A DNA stretch of 64,000 bases from Mobula hypostoma. Its lineage: Eukaryota. The stretch is taken from assembly GCF_963921235.1 (NCBI RefSeq), contig NC_086098.1, forward strand, positions 7,316,001 through 7,380,000. The letters run 5' to 3'. Below are positions 13,001-23,779 of this stretch, piece by piece (position 1 is the stretch's first letter; each line of letters begins with the position of its first letter). A model generated the notes under the pieces. It ran no database searches, was not told the origin of the DNA, and saw only the letters and a program-made list of their open reading frames with translations. Position numbers and translations under genes: made by a program.

Positions 13001-13037
13001 CAGTCCTGACGAAGGGTTCCGGCCTGAAACGTCGACT
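13001..13037 (+). ncRNA. Minimal type-I hammerhead ribozyme (right arm)
   Basis: cAGTC-CTGACGA-A-GGGT-tccg-GCCT-GAAA-CGTC-GACT. Confidence 0.65.
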
Positions 13038-13124
13038 CATCGTTTCTGACTGATGCTGCCCGACCTGCTGAGTTCATCCAGCGTACTGAAAGTGTTGCTA
13101 TGAATTACAGTAAATATATATATT

Positions 13125-13302
13125 GTATAGAATTGAAAAAACATGTGAACTAAGATGTTAACTGTCCTGTGCTATCACCAGTGGGATCATCAGTTGATCT
13201 GCCACCTGTCTTCAGGAGTTTCGGCCCGCTTATGATCAGGACTCCCTCGAGGTGGTGGGCCAGCAGTGTTAAAGCACCACCTCCCACTGGTGAGCTTAAT
13301 AT
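13125..13302 (-). mobile_element. Short, highly structured retroposed insert; probable 3' UTR of a non-LTR element (HERO-like, tentative)
   Basis: TSD TATATATT (13117-13124 / 13303-13310) in a TA run; perfect 12-bp stem 13175-13186 / 13282-13293 plus several inner stems. The family assignment is from recollection and unverified. Confidence 0.55.
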
Positions 13303-15023
13303 TATATATTAAATAGCTAAATTAAATAAGTACTGCAAAATTAGAAATTAAAAAGTGTCTCCGAGACTTCAGTTCTTTACAGCGGTGAGACCTGCTTCCG
13401 GGCTCATCGACCGGCCATTTTTCGATATTCCACGGACATGGTCTGGAAGACGAGCACACCTTCGGGTTCCAAGGTTTCACAAGCCTGTGGATGAGCTGAT
13501 TCTATGCCAGTTCTGCTGACTGAAGCGTCGCAGGAGAACATGGAACAGTTATCGGGGGCTGTGTACTTGGCAAATCGCACGCTCACGCTCATTCTTTCAG
13601 TGGGGGAGAGTCTGCTGCCAATCCTCGAGTTGCTGCCTGTGTGTGGGTTCAATGTCCATTCAGGAATCAGAATACCACCACATAGCAAATGATGATGCAG
13701 CCAGTTAGAATGTTCTCCAGGATATATTTGTAGAAATTTGCGAGAGTCTTTGGTGACAGACTAAATTTCCTCAAACTCCTAATGAAATTTAGCCACTGTC
13801 AAATCTTCTTTATATCTGCATTGATATGTTGGGTCCAAGACAGATCCTCAGAGATCTAGATACCCAGGAATTTAAAGTTGCTCACTCTTTCACAGACTGA
13901 GGATGTGCAGACCGCAAGTGTCGCCATGCTTCTGGCACTGACATAGCATGCCCACTACTTACTAACCCAACCCCAACCCACGTCTTTGGAATGTGGTCGG
14001 AAACAGGAGCATCGGGAGGAAACCCATGCAGTCACAGGGAGAAAGTCACATCATTGTTGGTGCTGAGACTCACCACTGTCATGTTATCAGCAAACTTGAC
14101 AATTCTAGTTCAAAAGCATTTTATCTTTAATTTATTGATCGCAAGTTACATCAAGTCTTTCCGTATAATAATGGAAAATAAGGAATTATCGTTAATAGGA
14201 AAAAGATGAAGTTGCCTCCCAGTGCTGATTATTCTAAATGTTAATTCTGTTCCAAATTTGGAAATGATGGTGTTTTAAATTCTTGTTGGAATATGCTGAA
14301 TGCCTTCTTTAGGAACCAGGTGCTAATTTCAGTTTCAGATTTAGATTTATTTATCACATGTACATCGAAACACACAGTGAAATGCTTCGTTTGTGTTAAC
14401 AACCTGCACATCAAGAAAAAAGTTTGGGGCCACCCGCAGGTATCGTCGTACATTCTGGTGGTGACAGAGCATGCCCACAATATTCAGCAGAACAAAGCAG
14501 GCAACAACAGCAATGGAACAAGACGAGACAATAGGAAAACAAGCCCTTTTCCCACCCACAAAGTCTCACACACAGACTCCCAGCCTCCACGCCTCCATTC
14601 CTTGGATTGGGGTCGGCACCATAGCCATCTGAGGTGACAAACAGAGGCTCACGTTTGGATGATGGTGACGTCGGCAGAACAGTAATTAATTCTGGAAAGG
14701 AATAATTAATACACTCTTGCAAAAGTCATCAATCTCCTCAGGGGCTATTCTTTCCTCACATATAGTATAAAAAAGATCTTGGAATTTCCAAAGAAGATTT
14801 AAGAATGCACTGTGTGCCTAACTCAGCACCACAGAGGCATAGAGGTTAGCATGATGCAAGTTCCGAGTTCAATTCTGGCATCGTCTGTAATGGGTTTGAA
14901 CATTCTCCCCGTGGGATGTGCGTGTTTTCTCTGGGTGCCCTGGTTTCCTACCACAGTCTAAGGAGGTATGAGTTAGTAGTGATCGCAAATTGTCCCACAA
15001 TTAGATTAGGGTTAAACGGGTTT

Positions 15024-15417
15024 TATAAACACAAAACAATCTGCAGATGCTGGGATCAAAGCAACACTCACAACACAGCAGGTCGGGCAGCATCCGTGGA
15101 AACGATGAGTCGACGTTTCGGGCCGGAACCCTTCGTCAGGACTGAAGAGGGAGGGGGCAGAGGCCCTATAAAGAAGGTGGGGGGAGGGTGGGAAGGAGAA
15201 GGCTGGTAGGTTCCAGGTGAAGAACCAGTAAGGGGAAAGATAAAGGGGTGGGGAGGGGAGGCAGGGAGGTGAAGAAAGAATAGGGGAAACACAATGGGTA
15301 GTAGAAGGAGGCGGAACCATGAGGGAGGTGATAGGCAGCTGGGGGAGGGGGCAGAGTGACATAGGGATAGAGGAAGGGAGGGGGAGGGAATTACCAGAAG
15401 TTGGAGAAGTTGGAGAA
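15024..15417 (-). mobile_element. Penelope-type terminal-repeat fragment carrying a hammerhead
   Basis: Same family as 12575-13097; direct repeat TAAACGGGTTT at 15013-15023 / 15418-15428. Confidence 0.75.
15108..15144 (-). ncRNA. Minimal type-I hammerhead ribozyme
   Basis: Minus strand cAGTC-CTGACGA-A-GGGT-tccg-GCCC-GAAA-CGTC-GACT with all stems intact. Confidence 0.7.
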
Positions 15418-15494
15418 TAAACGGGTTTGTTGGGGGTTGATGGGCCGGAAAGACCTACTCTGCGCTGTATCACTAATTAGGTGTTATATTTACT

Positions 15495-16050
15495 GGTTCC
15501 TAAGGCTGTCAGAACCGGGGGTGGTAGTGGGGATAAGCTGCCACTATCTATAAAGTGCTCCAATGGCAGGAGTCTCTAACAGCCTCTGTCAACCAAGTCC
15601 AACTTCTTGGCCTAGCTACTAGACCCAGCGGAACTGTTTCTATTGACAAGAGAAGGGTCAAAGGTGGACCACTGACGCCTCAAAACCAGTTACTTCAGGT
15701 ACGTGGGGCTCATCTGAGAAGGAAAACTCTGATTTTAAACCTCTGCTGCCTTGCGGCCATACCCACCCATGGGAAAGGCTTCAGGAGTAAACCCCAAGGA
15801 AGAAATCCGGAGCTGGGCTCCCTAAGGCAGTTTGATGTTGTTTACAACTTCACTCTGGCAACCTCTGCGACGGCACTGGTGCCAAGCTGTATCAATACTT
15901 GCCCTTCCCTTGGATTACATCAGTGACGTGGAGAGGGGGTCCTGCCACATGGGCAACAGCCGGTTCTTCAAATCTTCCCGCCCTGGAGAGGACAGAGTCC
16001 ACCAGACGCACAAACCCATGATCCCCTGCGATCGACAGCTGCCTACTACT
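15495..16050 (+). mobile_element. RTE-related non-autonomous element (family R2)
   Basis: Contains the RTE 5' UTR-type motif GAGAAGGAAAACTCTGA..AAACC; copies at 27765-28350(+) and 38280-39375(-, split by a CR1). Confidence 0.6.
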
Positions 16051-17775
16051 ATTATATTTACTGTAGCACAATATAAGTATTATATTTACTTACTTCACGC
16101 TGTATTGCTAAATAAATAAATAAGTAAATGAGATTGGTCATCTGATGGGATTTGCAAAGTTGACTAGGAACACCTGTTTATATTTACCTTACGTTGGCTG
16201 TGGGTTTAGGTGGAAGGTGCATCAGAGTGTATCATTTCACATCATGTTTTCTTAACACTGCATTTAAGGGATTGCTGGTTTTATCTATTTCGAGATACAG
16301 TGCAGAATAGGCTCTTCGAACCGCACTGCCCCAGCAACCCCCGACAAACACAATTTACCATAACCTAGTCACGGGACAACTTACAATGATCAATTAACCT
16401 ACCCGGTATGTCTTTGGACTGTGGGGGGAAACTGGAGCACCCGGAGAAAACTCACACATTCCACAGGGAGAATATACAGAGACCCCTTACAGAAAGTGCC
16501 GGAATTGGATTCCGAAATCTGATGCCCCGAGCTGTAATAGCATTGTACTAACTGTACACTACCATGGTGACCAGTAAATTCATAGAGTCATAGAGTGATA
16601 CAGCACAGAAACAAGCCCTTTGGACTAACACATCCATGAATGGTCCCTTTTGCCTGCACTTGGTCAACATTTCAAAGTTCAAAAAGTTCAAAGTAAATTT
16701 ATTATCCAAGTACCTATATGTCACCATATACTACCCTGAGATTTATTTTCCTGCAGGCATTCTCAGTAGAACATGGAAATACAATAGAATTATTGGAAAA
16801 CTACACACAATGGCTGATAAACATTCAATGTTCAAAAGAAGTCAAACTGCAAATACGATAATAATAATAAATAGGTAAATAAATAAATATAAATAATAGT
16901 GAGAATATGAGCTGTAGAATCTTCTATAACCCTTTCAAGTTCAAACTATGTAGATATACCTCATCATGAACAACCCTAAGATTAATTTTCTTCTGGGCAT
17001 TCAAAGTAAATACAAAGAAACACAATAGATTCAATGGCAAATTGTACACAGCAAAGTCAGACGAACAACCAATGTGCAAAAGGCGACAAATTGTGCAAAA
17101 TAAATAAATAAACACACACTGAGAACTTGAGTTGTGGAGTCCTTGAAAGTGAGTCCACAGGTTGTGGAATCAGTTCAGATTTGAGATGAGTGAAGTTACC
17201 TACACTGGTTAGGAGCCTGATAGTTGAAGGATAATAACTTTTCCCGAACCTGGTAGTGTGGGACCTTAGTCTTTCCTAACCCTTTCCTCGTTTGTCCTCA
17301 TGTCTTTTAAACATTGTAATTGTACGCACCTCTATGTCCAATGTACATCCTAAATAATTTCTATGCCTGCAGTTGACTTGCCCAGATTGTTACTACTTCA
17401 TCCCAAGAAATTGCTCTTCCAGATGAAAAGGTACCCACTGCGTTATGAACTCTGCTGTCTGAGACGTCATATGAAAGATTTTAGAATTACACAACATAGA
17501 AGGCTCTTCAGCCCTTTATTTGTATGATGACTATTCTCTGGCCCTCGATCAAAAGCCTTTTCTAACTAGATAATCCATGTGCTAATCAAGGTGATTATTT
17601 TGGAAGTACCTGCCTCCAACACCGACTCAGGAACTACTTTTCAAATAGCAACCATCATCCAGGTGAGAACATTCTTCTTTAGATTCCTTCTAATTGGCAA
17701 ATGGTAATTGGCTTATGATTGCCATAGGTACACAGGTAGAAAAATGAATCGCAGTAGGCAGTGGATGCAATAAGT

Positions 17776-18254
17776 ACATTAAGTGGCCAGTTTATTTGGT
17801 AACTCCTGATCTTCTGCTGTTGCAACCTATCCACTTCCAAGTTCGACGTGTTGTGCATTCAGAGATGCCCTTCTGCACACCACTGTTGTAATGTGTGGTT
17901 ATTTGAGTTACTGTTGCCTTCCTGCCAGCTTGAACCAGTTTGGCCATTTTCTTTTGACCTTTCTCATTAACCCACAGAACCGTTACTCACTACTTGTTTT
18001 TTGCACCATTCTCTGCAAACTCAAGAGATTACTGCGTGCGAAAATCCCAGGAGATCAGCAATCATTCCACAGTCAAAGACAGTTAGATGACATTTCTTCC
18101 CCAATCTGATGTTTGGTCTGAACAACAACTGAACCTCTTGACCATGTCTGCATGCTTTTATGTATTGAGTTGCTTCCACATGATTGGCTGATTAGATATT
18201 TACATTAATGAACAGGCGTACAGATGTACCTAATAAGTTGGCCACTGAGTGTAT
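17776..18254. mobile_element. Tc1/mariner-type non-autonomous DNA transposon
   Basis: Imperfect terminal inverted repeats (TIRs) TACATTAAGTGGCCAGTTTATTTGGTA / TACCTAATAAGTTGGCCACTGAGTGTA with TA flanks; second copy 41933-42478, fragment about 47720-47905. Confidence 0.7.
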
Positions 18255-18580
18255 AATAAAAGCTTTAGTTTTGCATGCCATTCAGACAGATAGAACACTG
18301 AGGTATTATAACAAAAGAGAACATAATGTAGAACAGCTGGTCAACCTCTGAGAAATCAGAGCATGTAAATGGCGGAGGCTGGCGCAGTTGGGTGAGTCCC
18401 ATTACAGCAAGACCATGATGAGTTGATAGAAAGACCGAACATTCATCTTTATTTTTTATTCTGAAGTTTTATAGCATGGATTCAGCAGCCACCTATGCAC
18501 ACACAACAAAATTGCACAAATCTAACTGTTATGGTCAGATACCGATCAGTCATGGAATCTATGCATGGAACATTGCTGTT

Positions 18581-18885
18581 GAATTTACTTGGGGAATAGG
18601 GCATAGTTAATCCAAATTACATAATTTTTGGTGGCATATTAATAACTTATTACAGAGGCTTATATACTTTCTTTCCAAGTCATGATTATGGGAATATTTT
18701 ATGGTAAACATTTAGTAAAATAGCATGAAGTGTGTGTTTGACAAAAAATCCTCTTCTACAAAACCAGAAGGAACAGTGGGTGATGGCCATAGACAAATTC
18801 CCAGTCATCAGCATTTTAATTGAGCAAACACGCAGGGACCCAATGTAAGTCCATAATGGTAACCAAATCCTTTTTATTTTAAATT
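18581..18885 (+). pseudogene. Diverged duplicate of 55077-55372; candidate disrupted exon pair (18656-18703, 18768-18844)
   Basis: Colinear with the 55-kb copy; AG/GT sites at equivalent positions; TGA at 18821-18823 in the frame that is open in the other copy; 2-nt length difference in the first exon. Confidence 0.35.
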
Positions 18886-19244
18886 CAAGAGGTTCGCTGG
18901 GACTGGAAATCAACAAACGCAGAATGCTGGAAGGACTCATTAGGTCAAGCAGCACCTATCAAGGGATAGACAGAGTGGACAGAGAACATCTGTTTCCCAG
19001 AGTTGAAATGCCTACTACCAGAGGGCATGCATTGAAGGTGAGAGGGGGTAGGTTCAAGGGGGATGTGAGGGCTAAGCTTGTTACTCAGAGAGTGGTGGAT
19101 GACTGGAATGCGCTGCCTGGTATTGTGGTAGAGGCAAGTACATCAGAGGCTTTTAAGAGGCATTTAGATAGGGGGTGTTCATGTTTGGATGTTTTTGATT
19201 TGCTTTTCAGTAGGTTCGGCATAATGTAGTGAGCCGAATGGCAT

Positions 19245-22200
19245 TTGGTGCACTTGGTGACATGATGACGTGTGCCATTCATGTACTTTTACATATAACC
19301 CATAATGATTTATGGGAAGAATAAAGAATGCTTAATTAAACAATATATTTACAAGATTACTCAAATGTTATTGAAATATTAACTACCTAGCACTCCTCCC
19401 TGCTTAACTGTAAACTCCAACTCAGTATAAAATGCATCTCAACTATATGCACGGTGTACTATATAATACAACTGCTATATGGACACTCACAGCATGGTAA
19501 ATTTTAAATTGTCACATTCATAGCTAAATATTCAATTGCTGTGGAGAATTTCTTATTCTAGAGGGATAACGTCTTTCCTGATGGTGGTGGTGGGGTGGTG
19601 GGATTGTTCTGCTTGTCAGGCGAGACTTGTGACTGTGAAATAATCTCAGGTTCTGGGGTCCCCTCCACACTGGGTATAGGAGTTGACACTGGGGCTGCGC
19701 GAAGTGGTTCTGACAGCTCTGGGCTCCTTTCTTCTGGGCGTACGGGCATCCCAATCAGTGCATGGCGAGCTGCTCGACCTGCTGATCTATCCCAAGCCAC
19801 CAGACAATGCTCTTAGCCAACGCGTTTATCTTGACCAGGCCTAGATGACCAGCATGTAGCCCCTCCAACACTTAAGCTCTGAGCGTTGATGGTGCAACAA
19901 CTCTCAATCCCCATATATAGCGACCTCCATCAAGGGCAAGTTCATCCAGGCACTGGGAAAAATAGGTGATTCTGTTGCACATTCCAGCTATTTTGGGCAG
20001 GCATGTAATTTGAGACTGTGTGGGGTCTTTTCTGGTTTTCTTTGGATCATTCCTGACATAATAGAGAGATTTTCAATTTGCATTTGAGAGAATACATCAG
20101 GAGGAGTGGTTCTCTTTGAAAATATTTGAGGTACTGTATTTCCTTTTCGATGGGTAAATGGGACAATTCATCAGCATTTCCATACTTAGTTGTCCTCATG
20201 AATTTGAGCCCATCTTTGCATTCGTGCTGTTGGTAGAGCACCCTTCTGTGGACTGAAAATGGACACCAGTGGTTGATGATCAGTAATGAGGATAAATTCT
20301 CCGCCATGTACCTACTGGTTGAAGCACTTTACACCCCAAACTAGACTCAAGGCCCCTCTATCAATCTGCGCATATCTTTTCTCTGCAGCCATAAGGGAAC
20401 ATGATGCAAAGACTGTGGGGCATTTACTTCCATCACTCATAACATGTGACATGACTGCACCTACACCATCAGAGGCAAGCTTCACTGGACAATGTGGATC
20501 GTAATGTGTGAGTACAGTGTTTCGCCTTTTTAAAGCCACCTTACACTGCTTTATCCATTGCCATTTCTTCCCAGTCTGTAGTAATGAGCTCAAGGGGTGG
20601 AGCACAGTAGGAACCTGTTATTGTAACTGACAAATCCTAAAAAGGACCACAACTGTAACATGTCCTTTCTCAGCACACATGTGTAAAGTGGCAATGGTGT
20701 GACCAGGGTAAGTGATGCTTGGTTTACAGAATTCACACTTGGTGCGTCATGCTCTGAGCCCATAATCTTCCAGTCTTTTCAACACCGTCTTTAGATTTTG
20801 GAGATGTTCCTAGTTACCCTTACCAGTAACAAATATATCATTCGGGTAACACTGAGCACCTGGTCCTTAGTTTTCTGCCAGAAAGCAGGTGCACATGCTA
20901 CTCCAAAAATAACCCTATTATAGCAATAAGGCCATTTGTAAGTGTTTCTGCTGAGAAGCAATTTGGACACTTCTTCCATTTCTTTTTGTAGGTAGGCCTC
21001 AGCTAAGTCCACTTTACTGAAGTGTTTCCCTCCAGAAAGATTTGCAAAGATGTCCTCTATCCTGGGCAGCGAGCATTGATCTACTTTCAGATCCGGGTTG
21101 ATGGTAATCTTAAAATCACCACAGATTCTGGCAGACCCATTCTTCTTGGCTACAGGAACCGTGGGCATTGTCCACGGGCTCCACTCAACCATGGAAAGAA
21201 TTCCTTCAGCCTCCATGAGATCTAGCTCACTGGCTATGTTATTATGGATAGGATAAAGAAACAGAGGGGCTTTGTAAAACTTGGTTGTGGCATTTTCGTT
21301 TAACACTATTTTACCCTTGATATATTTCAGTTTTCTGATGCCATTATTGAACACTGCTGTGGTATCATCCAGTACTTTTCTTAATTACCTTTCAGTCGAC
21401 TCTATTGCACAGGATGTGCCATGCAAATGGTGGATGCATCTCCTATCAAGTTGTAGTTGGCTCAGCCACTCATGGCCCCACAATGCTGGCCTTCCTGTTT
21501 TTACCACATATAAGCCCAATGTGGCTTGTTGGTTGTTGTATTTCACTGTTATGAATGTCATTCCTACAGGGGTTGTCTTTTCTTCAGTACAAGATCTTAG
21601 TCAGATATCTGCAGTTTAGTATCCTTGAAATGCCTCTCAGACTCACTTTGTGGAACGACTGAAACAGTCGAGCCAGAGTTCAATTCTATTTTAATTAATT
21701 AGCTATTCACTTCTGGTGTAAGCCATGTTGCCTGTCTCCTGTGAGTTTTCATAATGTAAGTTGTAAGGCTACTCAGTCCTTTATCAAAGTTTTCATCAAC
21801 AGCGTGCAGAACAGTGCTCTTTTTGAAACTGCAACTTGACTTTTTTTCTTATTCTCTTCCCTGTGCAGTTTGTTTATTATTGTCTGCTGGCATGCTCTTT
21901 GTATGTATCCTACTTTGTTGCATTTTCTGCAAGTTTCACCTTTAACCCTGCTTTGCTCTAGTGTATGTGGGTCCCTGCCACAATGGTAACATAATTTGCT
22001 CATTGCAATTTTGTTCACACTCACATTCATTCCTGATTGCAACTCTGTCTGCTGTTTTTATTGATACAGAGATTTCAACTGCTCTCTTAAATGTGAGTTG
22101 TTCTTCAGTTAGGAGGATTTTATAAATACCTTCTTGTAAGATTCCACAAACTAAATAATCTGTCAGTGCATCAAGCCCATCTCTGAATTGATAATGCTTG

Positions 22201-22875
22201 GACAATCTATTCAATTCCGCCATGTAAACTGAAAAGGACTCTGCTTCCTTTTGATTCTGCTTATGAAACCTAAGGCATTCTTCAATCAACAATGGTTTTG
22301 TCTGAAATTTTCCTGAATTGCTTTCATGATGTCAGCAAAGCTCATTTTGGCTGGTTTGGTTGGAACAATTAAACTTCTAAGCAAACTGTGTACACTTCCA
22401 CCAATTACACTCAGCAGAACAGCTTTCGTTGGCTATTTCATTTGCTTCAAACTACTGCTCAGTTTGCTCTGTATCATCAGCGGGTTCTCTGTTGAGTGAT
22501 CGAATGAGCCTATCTTTCCTATGTAACCAGCGGTTTCTGCTCTTATTTTTATTTGTAGTTATTACTACCTGGAACTCACTGTTTATGAAACTGTGAATTT
22601 GTCCAATTTTTGATTTTATTAACTCGAACGCCTCGCTGTGCTTTTTTTTAAAGCTGAAATGTCTTGCTGTGCTTCAACATCAGATCGTGTTCAGCTGGAT
22701 GTAAAACTACCTCAGCACCACTGATACGTTTTCTAACTCCAAAACATGAAACCAATTGAAAGAAAAAGATGGGAGCCCGGAAGAACATGTACATTTTGAT
22801 TTTTACTTTAGTAAGATGGACACTTATGAAAAGGTGGTGTAATGACATTCACCATTCGTGTACTCTTACATATAA
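19245..22875 (-). mobile_element. Decayed Gypsy/Ty3 LTR retrotransposon (gag, protease, RT, RNase H; integrase largely missing)
   Basis: Gag ORFs 21942-22292 and 21773-22042 (zinc-knuckle remnants CYHCG..H, CRKCNKVG); RT 20791-21354 (PVAKKNGSARICGDFK, FSKVDLAEAYLQ); RNase H 20312-20605 (LASD..GAV, YAQIDRGAL); primer-binding site (PBS)-like TGGTGCTGAGG at 22710-22720; polypurine tract (PPT) GCAGGGAGGAG at 19393-19403; LTR remnants share CCATTCRTGTACTYTTACATATAA. Confidence 0.9.
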
Positions 22876-23755
22876 GACATAAGACATAGAAGCAGAATTA
22901 GGCCATTTGGCCCATCAAGTCTGCTCCACCCTTCAGTCATGAATGATCCTTCTTTCCCCTCCACAGCCTCACACCCCGGGCTTCTCCCTGTAACCTTTGA
23001 TGATATGTCCAAACAAGAACCTATCAATCTCAACCTTAAATACACCCAATGATATGGGCTCCATAGCCGCCTGTGGCAACAAATTCTATAAATTCACCAC
23101 CCTCTGGTTAAACAAATTTCTCCGCATCTCTGTTTTAAATGGACGCCCCTCTATCCTGAGGCTGTGTCCTCTTGTCCTAGACTCTCCCACCATGGGAAAC
23201 ATCCTTTCCACATCTACTCTGTCTGGGCCTTTGAACATTCAAAAGGTTTCAATGAGATCCCCCCATCATCCTTCTAAATTCCAGTGAGTACAGATCCCGA
23301 GCTATCAAACATTCCTCATATGATAACCCTTTCATTCCCGGAATCATCCTTGTGAACCTCATCTGAACCCTCTCCAATGTCAGCACAGCTTTCTTAGATG
23401 AGTAGCCCAAAACTGTTCACAATACTCGAAGTGAGGCCTCATCAGTGCCTTATAAAGCCTCAGCATCACATCCCTGCTCTTATATTGTAGACCTCTTGAA
23501 ATGTATGCTAACATGGCATTTGCCTTCCTCACCACAGACTCCACTGGCAAGTTCACCTTTAGGGTGTTTTGCACAAGGACTCCTAAGTCCCTTTGCATCT
23601 CAGATTCTCCCCGTTTAGAAAGTAGTTCACACATTTATTCTCCTAATCTGTCTAAATCCTTCTGCATCCTACCTGCTTCCTCAACATTACCTGTCCCCCG
23701 GCAACCTTTGTAATATCTGCAAGCTTAGCAGCGAAGCCATCTATTCCATCATCTA
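22876..23755 (-). mobile_element. CR1 3' fragment abutting and truncating the Gypsy 5' LTR
   Basis: ORF 23380-23634 RDLGVLVQ..LYKALMRPHFEYC; GACATAA tail at 22876. Confidence 0.85.
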
Positions 23756-23779
23756 AACGTCCCACCTCAACCTCAGCAG

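Larger units (their letters stand above)
12575..13097. mobile_element. Penelope-type non-autonomous insertion with inverted terminal-repeat (pLTR) arms
   Basis: Inverted arms of about 150 bp (about 12608-12757 and 12952-13099); 17-bp direct repeat CTATGAATTACAGTAAA at 12558-12574 and 13098-13114. Confidence 0.8.
14820..15475 (+). mobile_element. HE1/V-SINE-like element interrupted by a Penelope-type insertion
   Basis: tRNA-like head and V-domain-like TTCTCCCCGTG..GCGTGTTTTCTCTGGGTGCCCTGGTTTCC; tail resumes at 15418. Related SINEs at about 10520-10720(+), 16270-16570(-), 29205-29490(-), 39975-40240(+), 41180-41450(+), 52495-52720(+) and 53510-53690(-). Confidence 0.65.

Noticed and set aside
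13175..13293. C/D-box snoRNA or twister ribozyme reading of the structured insert
   Set aside because: The C-like box is at the 3' end rather than the 5' end. TAACACTGC resembles a twister start but the P1/P2 partners could not be completed.
18821..18823. In-frame TGA as selenocysteine
   Set aside because: It aligns to Gly, not Cys, in the paralogue; no SECIS was seen; other disruptions are present.
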